Of a DNA stretch of 32,301 nucleotides, positions 1 to 8,805 are shown one piece after another. Origin of the DNA: Gammaproteobacteria bacterium (lineage in GTDB: Bacteria > Pseudomonadota > Gammaproteobacteria > DAOWEP01); contig DAOWEP010000023.1 in the NCBI GenBank assembly GCA_030638455.1, positions 1-32,301 on the forward strand, given 5' to 3'. The number at the start of each line of letters is the position of its first letter. Position 1 is the stretch's first letter. Position numbers and translations under genes: made by a program. The notes under the pieces were generated by a model. The model ran no database searches, had not been told where the DNA came from, and was given only the letters and a program-made list of their open reading frames with translations.

Positions 1-702
1 AGTGTTGCAGCTCCAATGCCGGCCGCAAGTGCCAACCATTTTTGTGATGGGTTATTGGATTTGGTGATTTTGTTGTATGAAAGTAACAAAATTCCCAGGC
101 CAAGCACGGTAACACCAGCAGATGTATGAATGGCCATGTGGGTGAGATGTGACCAGCCATAAGGAGTATTCGTACCAAGCATATAACCAAAAATGGTGCC
201 TATACCAATCGAAGCTACCAGCGTGCCCAGTATTCCTGAAATCCTATAATGAAGTATGGGGAATAAGGCGCACCGAGAAAACATTATTGCAATGCCAGAT
301 AATATAAAAGTGATGGCTGTAGAAGGTGCCATGCGGCCAGGGTGCAAGGAATTGGTTGTGATATAGTGATCCATGAAAATCTGGTCAATATGCAGATCTG
401 TATTAGTAGCGTACTCGAGGATTGTCAGGGACCCTATGCCGACAACCATGATTCCGGCCGAAACTGCTATACGAGATTTATTATAAAGTTGGGCCAGCAA
501 GCCAATCCCACAGAGAATGAAAGATAATGCGGTATTGAATTGCATGGGTGTATAAGAAGGGAGTACTTGTATTAACTTTTCGTTATGCGTTAGCCACCCG
601 AGCAGAACGATAAGACCCAGTAATACTACTATTCCTCCAGCGCTGGAGATCAAAACTTTCTGAAGAGAAATTTTGGTCAATAGATTGCGAAAATTATCCA
701 TA
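1..702 (-). CDS. Multi-pass membrane protein, N-terminal part only (gene runs off the left edge). Probably the membrane sensor module of a signal-transduction protein.
   Basis: My own reverse-strand translation from the ATG at 702-700 reads MDNFRNLLTKISLQKVLISSAGGIVVLLGLIVLLGWLTHNEKL..MQFNTALSFILCGIGLL..HMAIHTSAGVTVLGLGILLL. It stays open to position 1 and has about seven hydrophobic helices. It is absent from the ORF track because there is no stop inside the window. The family call is by resemblance only. Confidence 0.6.
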
Positions 703-1173
703 ACATTCCATTTCGGCCTGCAAAGAGATGGCGGCAGGGTTAATGCGGTCTCCAAGTATGCTCGTTATTATGTAAGTGTTAATTCATGTTAAATATTATT
801 TGCTGTTATAGGTCATGGCAGGGCATGAATGACACTATAAAAATACCTCAATAATACTTTATATTCCATCAGATTAATTCCTATTAAGAATGAGAAAAAG
901 ACCTATAAACAGAGTAAATAAAGCGCTAATAATTTTGTTTATACTTTAATTCTCTAAGAGTTTAATTCCCCGCAGTTTGCTGCGAATATCGTCATTTCGG
1001 CCTTTGTCGGTGTAACGTGATGATTTTAATACCTCGTCCGCTTGTGGCGGGGTAGTTCTCTAGCTACTTTAAGTAATTTGAGGCGCAATGGTGGCCTTTC
1101 ACTCTGTGACTGATGTAGTTTTACCAGTGTTATGAAGCGAATTGTAAATAATTGTAAAATCGTTTGGGTTACC

Positions 1174-1438
1174 AGTACTCCTTCAAGGTGATATTGACGG
1201 GTTCAGCGAGTCGGGAAGCGGTTGGCTGCAAGGCGCGTCTTGCCGGGAATGGTTAGCCCTTGCCAAGAGGCGCAACACCGCAGACGACTGCTTCCCGACT
1301 CGCCCGAAGGGAGCTACCCAGATAACCCAATACGGCGTTGCATTCCTTGAAAAGGACAAGCCATTCCCTGCGGAATGCGCCTTGTTTTGGGTTATCTGGG
1401 TAGCTCTGAACCCGTCAATATCACCTTGAAGGAGTACT
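1174..1438. repeat. 265-nt nested inverted-repeat element: an outer 33-bp perfect stem closing two long hairpins. Either a MITE-like element or a structured RNA of unknown class.
   Basis: Checked base by base. 1174-1206 (agtactccttcaaggtgatattgacgggttcag) is the exact reverse complement of 1406-1438. Hairpin A pairs 1207-1219 with 1290-1302 (13 bp perfect, continuing imperfectly). Hairpin B pairs 1312-1330 with 1387-1405 (19 bp perfect, continuing imperfectly). The interior is visibly more GC-rich than the flanks, and no ORF is present. Confidence 0.7.
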
Positions 1439-1957
1439 AGAATGCACCATTATGTAGCGGTTATTTAACCATTATTTGATAGCAAATATGATGCATAGGA
1501 TCATCTCCGTCCTTCCTGGGGGGCAGTTCCAGATTATAAATTAATGTTGATGTGGTTAATCATGGGTTGGTGCATGTTCTGTATATGCATGATTCCTAAA
1601 TCTTGCAATATCAGTCTGGTTTTCAATGTAGGTTCTTTCCGGTTTGTTGTGTATTCCTGAGTAAGTAACCAGGCCGGGTAAGAATTCATACCTTATCCGT
1701 TATCAGATATTTCCTTAGTCCATAAGCAGGACAGTTATTATCAAATCATAAGTTGTTACCTGATCAAATATTCACTTGGATAGTCGAAATACTTAGGTAT
1801 ACCAGTTATGGAAATGTTGATTTAGAAGGAAGAAGGGCAAGGGTGAAAACACGAATACTACTAAAAGGTGCAAATAACTATAGGACTTAAATCAGACCCA
1901 AGATAAAGCAGTTATTTATTCGGTCTTTATGAAGTTGAAACATTTTAGGGTGATGCG

Positions 1958-2326
1958 ATGGGTAAAACAATTTTAATAGTTGATGATTCAGATTCAATGA
2001 GACATGTGCTCGGGGTTACCTTGAGAAAGGAAGGATATGAAGTAATCGACGCTAAAGATGGTGTTGATGCCCTGGAAAAGCTTGATGGAACAAGGATCTC
2101 ATTGATTATCAGTGATATCAATATGCCGAATATGGATGGCATAACCTTTATTAAGGAGGTGAAAAAAATTTATGCGTACAGGTTTACGCCTATTTGTACG
2201 TTGACCACCGAAGGGGGAAGGAAAAGGATTGATGAAGGGAAGGATGCCGGTGCCAAGGCGTGGATGGTTAAACCGTTTGTGCCACAAAAATTACTCGAAA
2301 CCGTTTCAATGCTTGTGATGCCCTGA
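1958..2326 (+). CDS. cheY: CheY-like single-domain response regulator
   Basis: 122 aa. Receiver signature ILIVDDSD, SDINMPNMDG, TLTTEG, MVKPF. It is the first gene of the che cluster. Confidence 0.9.
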   Translation: MGKTILIVDDSDSMRHVLGVTLRKEGYEVIDAKDGVDALEKLDGTRISLIISDINMPNMDGITFIKEVKKIYAYRFTPICTLTTEGGRKRIDEGKDAGAKAWMVKPFVPQKLLETVSMLVMP

Positions 2327-2387
2327 TCTGGATTTTTATATTAAGAAGCGTATTAAAACAATTAATAAAGAAAGTGGAGAGAAGACT

Positions 2388-2720
2388 ATGTCTATCAAAA
2401 CGTATGCTCGGAATGGAAAGTGCAAAATCAAGGTGGAGGTTGACATGACCATCTACACAACAGCGGATCTAATGCCGAAGATATTAAAGAGCCTGGATAA
2501 ACACAAGGAATTGGTTATAGATTTGTCTGATGTATTTGAGATTGATACATCAGGCATTCAGCTTCTTGAATTCATAAAACGTGAAGCCAGGCGAGATAAT
2601 AAAGTATTCAGCATGGTTTCTCATAAAGAGAACGTGCTGGATGTGTTTCATCTTTACCGATTGAATGGCCAATTGGATGCGATACCGGATAATTCTGTAT
2701 CGGAAATTAAGGTTGCCTAG
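2388..2720 (+). CDS. STAS-domain protein (anti-sigma-factor-antagonist fold)
   Basis: 110 aa. VIDLSDVFEIDTSGIQLL matches the SpoIIAA/RsbV-type DLSxVxFIDSSG segment, including the Ser/Thr position. It lies between cheY and cheA. Confidence 0.75.
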   Translation: MSIKTYARNGKCKIKVEVDMTIYTTADLMPKILKSLDKHKELVIDLSDVFEIDTSGIQLLEFIKREARRDNKVFSMVSHKENVLDVFHLYRLNGQLDAIPDNSVSEIKVA

Positions 2721-2731
2721 GTATCGCCTTC

Positions 2732-4960
2732 ATGAATGAAGAAATACAGGAAAGCATCCAGGTATTTGTTTCCGAGGCGGGGGAATTGCTTGACGAGATG
2801 GAATCTGCTCTTCTTGTGCTGGAAGAAGACCCCTCTCATGAAGGACATATTAATACCGTATTCCGGGCCGTTCATACCATAAAAGGTTCAGCCGGACTTT
2901 TTTCATATGATCATATTGTGGATTTCTCCCACCATGTTGAAAGTGTTCTGGACAGGGTGCGTGACGGGCAACAGAAAATTACCAGTGAATTACTGTCCAT
3001 ATTGCTGGCTTGTCATGACATTCTGGAAAATCTTGTGCAAGCCGCTGTCAATGATCAGGGTGCGGGTGATGAAGAAGTACAGGAAAGAACACGCGGGATT
3101 GCTGGACAGCTTGAACAATATCTTGGAGAAAGTGCATGTGCGGTGGATGAGAATCCTATGGTTAGCCATGAAGTACTACAGATTGATGACCAGATATCAG
3201 GAATAGAGCTGGGTAGTAATTGGCATATATCTCTACGCTTTGGTCCTGATGTACTGCGCAATGGCATGGATCCCTTGTCCTTTATGCGTTATCTCTCCAG
3301 GCTTGGTGAGGTCGTCCAGATTCTTCCTGTTTGGGATGATATGCCCGGCAGGGGCGAGATGGAGCCTGAAAGTTGCTATCTGGATCTTGAGATCGAATTC
3401 AAAAGTGATGCGGACAAGGTAACCATTGAAAATGTATTTCAGTTCGTCAAGGACGACTGCAAGGTAACCATTCTTCCGCCACTCACCCGCCATTCTCTTT
3501 ATAAGGAAGCAATTGAAGATCTTCCTGGTGAGCCAATGCGCCTTGGCGATATCCTGGTTGAAAGTGGTGCGGTAACAGAACGTGAGCTCAAAGAGGCTCT
3601 GGAAGTCCAGCAGAGTGAAGTGGATCAGGCTGAGCTCAAGATGGAAAATATTTCAAAAACTCCAATCGGTGAAGTCCTGATACATAAAGGATCCGTACAT
3701 CCTGAGTTGGTCAATGCGGCAGTAAATAAGCAGGCAAAGAACAAAGGATCGCCAGAAAAAACCATTCGCGTAAGTGCCGATAAGCTGGAGTCTCTTATTA
3801 ACCTTATGGGCGAACTGGTGATATCCACTGCAAACATAGCCTTGCTCGCAAATCTCACAAGAAAAGATACGCTGAATGATGCGTTAATTGAGGCCACTGA
3901 AAATATGGGGCAACTGGTCGATGGGGTTCGTGATGCGTCGCTTGGCTTGCGTATGGTGCAAATTGGCGAAACGTTTTTTCGATTTCGTCGTATTGTGAGA
4001 GATGTGTCTCATAAATCATGTAAGGATATCGAGCTCAAGATCAGTGGTGGTGAAGCTGAGCTAGATAAAACAGTTATTGAGAAAATATCAGATCCGCTTT
4101 TACATCTGGTTCGTAACGCAATAGATCATGGTATTGAGTCAACGGAAACACGCCATAAAACCGGTAAGCCAAAAAAAGGTTTGTTACATCTTAGTGCATC
4201 ACATGATTCGGGCGGTATTGTAATTAAGGTAAGTGATGATGGCTGTGGATTATCGCACGAGAAAATACTTGCAAAGGCACAAGACCTGGGCCTGGTTAAA
4301 GACAATCAGAAGCTTTCTGACCAGGAGGTATATCGCCTGATATTCGAGCCTGGATTTTCAACAGCAGAGCAGGTAACTGATCTTTCCGGGCGTGGAGTCG
4401 GGATGGATGTAGTCAGGCGCAATATTGAAGCACTGCGTGGACATGTCGATGTCGAAAGTCAGCCGGGAAAAGGCACCAGTTTTAGTATTCACCTGCCATT
4501 AACACTGGCGATTATCGATGGTTTTCTGGTCAGGGTTGGTAAGTCTTTTTATGTGATCCCGCTGGATATGGTGGAAGAATGTACAGAATTGCCAGAGGAG
4601 TTCCAGAATGCCAGTCAACTAAATAGCTATATGGACTTGCGTGGAGAAGTTTTGCCATTTATCCATCTCGCAGAGCTGTTTCAGGAAAAAAATGTGCGAT
4701 CAGGACGCGAAAATATCGTGGTAGCAAAGTTCGCAGGTCAGAAGGCTGGTCTGGTTGTGGATGAATTGCATGGTGAGTACCAGACAGTTATCAAGCCGTT
4801 GGGAAAAGTTTTTAGACAACTTCATGGTATCAGCGGGGCAACTATTCTGGGTAGCGGGAAAGTTGCCATGGTTATTGATGTGCCTGCATTGGTGAAAACG
4901 GCCGCTTCTGGGGCATTTGAACATGGTCGTTTCAGTAGCAATTCAGAAGTGCTTAATTGA
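2732..4960 (+). CDS. cheA: Chemotaxis histidine kinase CheA (P1 Hpt, P2-like region, inserted MshEN-like double motif, P3, P4, P5)
   Basis: 742 aa. Hpt site VHTIKGSAGLF. ATP-binding core HLVRNAIDHG, DDGCGL, GRGVGMDVV. C-terminal CheW-like domain (GFLVRVGKSFYVIPLDMV). No C-terminal receiver. Confidence 0.95.
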   Translation: MNEEIQESIQVFVSEAGELLDEMESALLVLEEDPSHEGHINTVFRAVHTIKGSAGLFSYDHIVDFSHHVESVLDRVRDGQQKITSELLSILLACHDILENLVQAAVNDQGAGDEEVQERTRGIAGQLEQYLGESACAVDENPMVSHEVLQIDDQISGIELGSNWHISLRFGPDVLRNGMDPLSFMRYLSRLGEVVQILPVWDDMPGRGEMEPESCYLDLEIEFKSDADKVTIENVFQFVKDDCKVTILPPLTRHSLYKEAIEDLPGEPMRLGDILVESGAVTERELKEALEVQQSEVDQAELKMENISKTPIGEVLIHKGSVHPELVNAAVNKQAKNKGSPEKTIRVSADKLESLINLMGELVISTANIALLANLTRKDTLNDALIEATENMGQLVDGVRDASLGLRMVQIGETFFRFRRIVRDVSHKSCKDIELKISGGEAELDKTVIEKISDPLLHLVRNAIDHGIESTETRHKTGKPKKGLLHLSASHDSGGIVIKVSDDGCGLSHEKILAKAQDLGLVKDNQKLSDQEVYRLIFEPGFSTAEQVTDLSGRGVGMDVVRRNIEALRGHVDVESQPGKGTSFSIHLPLTLAIIDGFLVRVGKSFYVIPLDMVEECTELPEEFQNASQLNSYMDLRGEVLPFIHLAELFQEKNVRSGRENIVVAKFAGQKAGLVVDELHGEYQTVIKPLGKVFRQLHGISGATILGSGKVAMVIDVPALVKTAASGAFEHGRFSSNSEVLN
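3539..3733 (+). other. Two MshEN/T2SSE_N-type 24-residue motifs inside CheA (aa 270-293 and 311-334)
   Basis: The motifs are RLGDILVESGAVTERELKEALEVQ and PIGEVLIHKGSVHPELVNAAVNKQ. The published MshEN c-di-GMP motif is RLGxx[LVI][LVI]xxG[LVI][LVI]xxxxLxxxLxxQ. Motif 1 fits at every fixed position except one (Ala for L/V/I). Confidence 0.6.
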
Positions 4961-5047
4961 GCGTGTTGGATAGTTACATATTGTTTAATTAAACCGGAAT
5001 ATATTTTATGGCGGTATCCGCCTGCTAAGGACATAAATGGAGTTTCT

Positions 5048-8000
5048 ATGAAGACAGTGTCACAAAAAGCCAGTAACGAAGTACAGGTAGAAGAAGGTAT
5101 GTTACTTGTAGTGAGGAGTGATGATAAAGGCATTGTTACCTATGCTAGCGATGACTTTATTAAGATTAGTGGTTTTGAAAGTAGTGAGCTTATCGGGGAA
5201 TATAATATTGCGATTCATCATCCGGATATGCCAGCAGAAGTTTGTGAGGAACTTTGGTTGACGATAAGTTCCGGAAAGCCCTGGATAGGGCTGATTAAAG
5301 AATCTTGCAAGAATGGTGATTACTATTGGGTGGAGAAAAATATAACTCCAGTGTTTAAACAAGGACGCATTATCGAATACTTGTCAGTGTCTACCAAACC
5401 TACTCGTGAACAGATTGCTGAGGCCGAGCTGTGGTACCAACAAATCAGAGCAGGAAAAAAACCAAAAAATAAATTATATGAAAGGCTAAATGTATTTCGA
5501 GACCTCAAGATAGGGCAAAAACTGGGTTTCGTGAGTATTATATTCTTGTTGTTGATCACAGTTTTATCTGTGGATTTAGTGCTGACAAGGAATGAGGCCA
5601 TTAATTTCGCAGAGCAGGAAATAAACGGGGTGAGATACCTGAGGCCAGTGAGAAAGCTCCTGCAAAATATCCTTCAGCATCGAGGGCGGGTCGCTGCCTA
5701 TCTTAACGGTCACAACCCCCTTCAATCCGGTATTCTAGAAGCGCATCATGAAATTGATAAAAATTTACAGGCTATCGCGGTAGTGGATCAGGAGCTTGGT
5801 GAACAGCTAGATACCACCATAATATTGAAGGCCGTAACAGAAAAATGGCACTCCCTCAAGAAACAGGGCCTTGATCTGAATTATAAGGAAAGTTTTGCAC
5901 GTTATACAGCTCTTCATAAAGATATTGTCAAACTAGCTACCCAGGTACGAGACACTTCAGGTCTCATACTGGATGGAGAGCTGGACACTTATTACCTTAT
6001 GGATCTGGCAGTAAACTGGGTTACTGATATTACCGAGAGGTTGGGTCAAAACAGAGGGGTTGGTTCCGGAATTATCAGTCGAGGTCACTTTGATGATGGG
6101 GAGCGGGAAAAAATGATCGTGTTACGGGCATTAATGCAGTCTGGCTCGGCAGGTCTGGCTCATGCGCTCGAACATACTTCCAATGTCAATCGATCAAGCG
6201 TGCAGGTACAGGATTTATTCAAGTCAATAGAAATCTTTGATGCTCAGATTAGAACTCTCATCAAAGGCAACATCAATGACCTCAACACAAGTGATTATTT
6301 TGCGGCGGGCACACGGGCGGTAGATAACATTTTTACCCTGTACGATGTCTCGTCGCAGATTTTGATAGAGAAACTACAGGAAAGAGCGGATCGCCTGTCT
6401 CGTAATATTCTCCTGGTTATGCTTTTTGTTCTTGCAGGCGCGTTTTTATCTGTTCTAGTGAGTATTGGAGTTACGAAAAATATTGTTCGTTCTTTGAGGA
6501 AAGCTGTCTGGCATTTTAACCGGATTTCTGAAGGCAGCTATCAAGAAGAAATTGATATCAAGAAAGGAGACGAGATTGGTGATTTGTTGCGTGGTCTTAA
6601 GTCCATGCAGGTAAATCTTGCATTTAATATTAATAAGGAAAAGGAAAGCGCGCATGGTATGCGGCGTATCAAGACAGCACTAGATCAGGTGGCTACCGGA
6701 GTGATGATGTCAGATAAAGATCGCAATATTATTTATATGAACAAGGCCGTTAAGAAGATGTTTGAAGATGCTCAGGAAGATATCCGTAATGAGTTGCCGT
6801 GCTTCGATGTAGATAAACTAATGGGATCATGCATTGATCAATACCATAAAAATCCAGCTCATCAGATTGATGTGTTGGGGGAAATGAATGAACCAAACAG
6901 TGGATCCATTATGCTGGGTGGTCATACTTTCAAGGTAAATATGACACCTGTATTTGATGATCTTGGGGAGCGCCTGGGTACTGCCATTGAATGGATGGAT
7001 AGTACATCTGAGGTGGCAGTAGAGAATGAGATTGACTCGATTATTGAAGCAGCTGGAAACGGCGATTTCTCTCAACGGATTTCACTTGATGGAAAGGAAG
7101 GCTTCTTCGAGAAACTGGCCAGGGGCATCAATAAGATCATAAGTACCAGTGATTCAGGATTAAATGATGTGGCCAGGATTATTCGTGAACTGGCGTCGGG
7201 TGACTTGAGACACACAATGGATAAAGATTATGAGGGTATCTTTGGGGAGCTCAAGAATGATGTAAATTCAACTATTACCAAGTTGTCTGAGGTCATAAGT
7301 GAAGTAAGTAGTAACGCGAATATGATTTCAAGTGCCTCAGAGCAATTAAGTGCAACCGCCCAGACATTAAGTCAGGATACCAGTAATCAGGCGTCCAGCG
7401 TTCAGAAAACCAGCGCATCTATTGAAGAGATGATCGCATTGATTAGCCAAAATAGTGAAAACGCAAAGATCACGGACAGTATAGCAATGGAAGCATCTAC
7501 ATCTGCAAAGGAAGGGGGATATGCGGTGCTGGATACTGTTGATGCTATGAATAGCATCGCTGACAAAATCGGAGTTATTGAAGAAATAGCCTATCAGACG
7601 AACATGCTGGCATTGAATGCAGCAATAGAAGCGGCCAGGGCAGGTGCACAGGGAAAAGGGTTTGCGGTTGTTGCTACTGAGGTTCGGAAACTGGCTGAGC
7701 GCAGTCAGGTTGCTGCCCAGGAAATCGGTAGTTTGGCAGCAGATAGTGTAAAGATTGCAGGAAAAGCAGGGGACATGCTCGAGCAGATAGTGCCAAATAT
7801 TGCCAAAACTGCAGATTTGGTGCAGGAGATTTCTGCTTCATCTGAAGAGCAGGCAGCAGGTGTTGGTCAAATTAGCAATGCGATGTACCAGCTCGATCAT
7901 CTGACACAAAAAGGATCATCCAGTGCTGAAAATCTTGCATCAACTTCAATTGAATTGCGTGGCCAGGCAGAACAACTAAATCAAATGATGTCGTTTTTCT

Positions 8001-8224
8001 CGCTAAGAAAAAAATACAGAATGTTAGATCAAGAGAGTACTAAGAGTACTAGTGGAGACAGAAGGTCAGCGTCTGTTGTCAGTACTTTGCAAATTCCAGA
8101 TCCAAAAGAAAATATTAGCATATCAGCGGAAAATGGTGCGCAGGGTACAGATGACCAGGAAAAGCGTGACATTCTTGAGATTGAACAGGGCGACTCAAGT
8201 GAAGTTGATTTCGAGAGATTCTAG
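5048..8224 (+). CDS. Methyl-accepting chemotaxis protein. Order of domains: Aer-type N-terminal PAS, TM1, about 270-aa periplasmic helical (NIT-like) domain, TM2, HAMP, second PAS, further HAMP-like repeats, MA signalling domain.
   Basis: 1058 aa. The N-terminus aligns with E. coli Aer PAS as I recall it ([28 protein letters not shown]...KNGDYYWV). TM segments are [20 protein letters not shown] and [39 protein letters not shown] resembles the NIT motif. The hairpin tip is [41 protein letters not shown]. Confidence 0.95.
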   Translation: MKTVSQKASNEVQVEEGMLLVVRSDDKGIVTYASDDFIKISGFESSELIGEYNIAIHHPDMPAEVCEELWLTISSGKPWIGLIKESCKNGDYYWVEKNITPVFKQGRIIEYLSVSTKPTREQIAEAELWYQQIRAGKKPKNKLYERLNVFRDLKIGQKLGFVSIIFLLLITVLSVDLVLTRNEAINFAEQEINGVRYLRPVRKLLQNILQHRGRVAAYLNGHNPLQSGILEAHHEIDKNLQAIAVVDQELGEQLDTTIILKAVTEKWHSLKKQGLDLNYKESFARYTALHKDIVKLATQVRDTSGLILDGELDTYYLMDLAVNWVTDITERLGQNRGVGSGIISRGHFDDGEREKMIVLRALMQSGSAGLAHALEHTSNVNRSSVQVQDLFKSIEIFDAQIRTLIKGNINDLNTSDYFAAGTRAVDNIFTLYDVSSQILIEKLQERADRLSRNILLVMLFVLAGAFLSVLVSIGVTKNIVRSLRKAVWHFNRISEGSYQEEIDIKKGDEIGDLLRGLKSMQVNLAFNINKEKESAHGMRRIKTALDQVATGVMMSDKDRNIIYMNKAVKKMFEDAQEDIRNELPCFDVDKLMGSCIDQYHKNPAHQIDVLGEMNEPNSGSIMLGGHTFKVNMTPVFDDLGERLGTAIEWMDSTSEVAVENEIDSIIEAAGNGDFSQRISLDGKEGFFEKLARGINKIISTSDSGLNDVARIIRELASGDLRHTMDKDYEGIFGELKNDVNSTITKLSEVISEVSSNANMISSASEQLSATAQTLSQDTSNQASSVQKTSASIEEMIALISQNSENAKITDSIAMEASTSAKEGGYAVLDTVDAMNSIADKIGVIEEIAYQTNMLALNAAIEAARAGAQGKGFAVVATEVRKLAERSQVAAQEIGSLAADSVKIAGKAGDMLEQIVPNIAKTADLVQEISASSEEQAAGVGQISNAMYQLDHLTQKGSSSAENLASTSIELRGQAEQLNQMMSFFSLRKKYRMLDQESTKSTSGDRRSASVVSTLQIPDPKENISISAENGAQGTDDQEKRDILEIEQGDSSEVDFERF
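8207..8221 (+). other. C-terminal pentapeptide DFERF of the MCP: candidate CheR/CheB tethering site at the end of a long low-complexity tail
   Basis: The last five codons, gat ttc gag aga ttc, precede the tag stop. This fits the aromatic-x-x-Phe shape of NWETF-type pentapeptides. It is preceded by a roughly 85-residue Ser/Asp/Glu/Gln-rich tail that follows the signalling domain. Confidence 0.5.
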
Positions 8225-8240
8225 CAAGGGATATGGCGTT

Positions 8241-8804
8241 ATGTCACCAGTAGCACATGTAACCACAGATGATGACTCAGGAGCTGATCAGATAGAGAGT
8301 CAAAACCAGTTTCTAAGCTTCAGGTTGGCAGATGAGGTATATGCAATTGATCTTATGAGCCTCAAAGAGATTATTGGATACGGTGATTTGACAAGTGTTC
8401 CTATGATGCCGGGCTTTATACGTGGGGTAATAAACTTGCGTGGAAGAGTTGTTCCTGTCGTGGATCTAGCAGAGAGGCTTGGTGGTCAGAAGACAGAGGT
8501 TAGGAAAAGGACCAGTATTATTATCGTGGAGATTTTTGATGAAAGTGATGACGAGAGAATTGATATTGGCATCATAGTCGATAGTGTGAATGAAGTTCTT
8601 GATATTTGCCCGGATGATATTGAGCCGCCTCCGAGTTTCGGTGCAAAGATTCGTACTGATTTTATTGAGGGGATGGGAAAGGTAGACGGGAAATTCCTGG
8701 TGTTACTTGATATAGGGAACATTCTTTCAATTGAAGAATTGTCCATGTTGAATGATGTAAATGTAGGGGTTAAGGAACCTGCCAGGAAACCGGAGACAGA
8801 ATAA
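8241..8804 (+). CDS. cheW: CheW coupling protein
   Basis: The track ORF starts at 8052 but overlaps the MCP 3-prime end. An in-frame ATG at 8241 follows the MCP stop (8222-8224). FLSFRLADEVYAIDLMSLKEII..VPMMPGFIRGVINLRGRVVPVVDL is a typical CheW sequence. Confidence 0.9.
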   Translation: MSPVAHVTTDDDSGADQIESQNQFLSFRLADEVYAIDLMSLKEIIGYGDLTSVPMMPGFIRGVINLRGRVVPVVDLAERLGGQKTEVRKRTSIIIVEIFDESDDERIDIGIIVDSVNEVLDICPDDIEPPPSFGAKIRTDFIEGMGKVDGKFLVLLDIGNILSIEELSMLNDVNVGVKEPARKPETE

Positions 8805-8805
8805 T

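Noticed and set aside
342-527. 61-aa plus-strand ORF in the track
   Set aside because: It lies entirely inside, and antisense to, the much longer minus-strand membrane-protein frame (1-702). It has no recognisable features.
961-1055. Possible CRISPR repeat or other repeat family (gtttaattccccgcagtttgctgcgaa with small hairpins cgcag/ctgcg and ccgc/gcgg)
   Set aside because: It occurs only once in the window. There is no repeat-spacer periodicity and no cas genes.
1174-1438. Retron msr/msd ncRNA interpretation of the nested inverted repeat (outer a1/a2-like stem closing hairpins)
   Set aside because: No reverse-transcriptase ORF follows; there is no ORF of 60 aa or more anywhere in 528-1944. 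The 33-bp outer stem is also longer than the usual a1/a2 pairing. It is kept only as an unclassified structured element.
1565-1595. Sigma-54-like promoter (ttggtgcatgttctgtata) upstream of cheY
   Set aside because: The GG is present, but the -12 position reads GT rather than GC, and no enhancer-binding protein is encoded nearby. It cannot be distinguished from chance.
1699-1771. Three (T/G)ATCA(A/G)AT(A/C) motifs spaced 37 and 24 bp apart, as possible operator sites
   Set aside because: The motif is short and AT-rich in AT-rich DNA, and the spacing is irregular. It is not above chance expectation.
1441-1957. c-di-GMP riboswitch (GEMM) in the cheY leader, expected given the c-di-GMP theme
   Set aside because: I found no GEMM-I or GEMM-II core sequence or tetraloop/receptor arrangement by eye. 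A covariance-model scan would be needed to exclude it formally.
8052-8240. N-terminal 63 codons of the track ORF for cheW
   Set aside because: This stretch overlaps the last 173 nt of the MCP gene in another frame. The CheW domain begins after the in-frame ATG at 8241, which follows the MCP stop.
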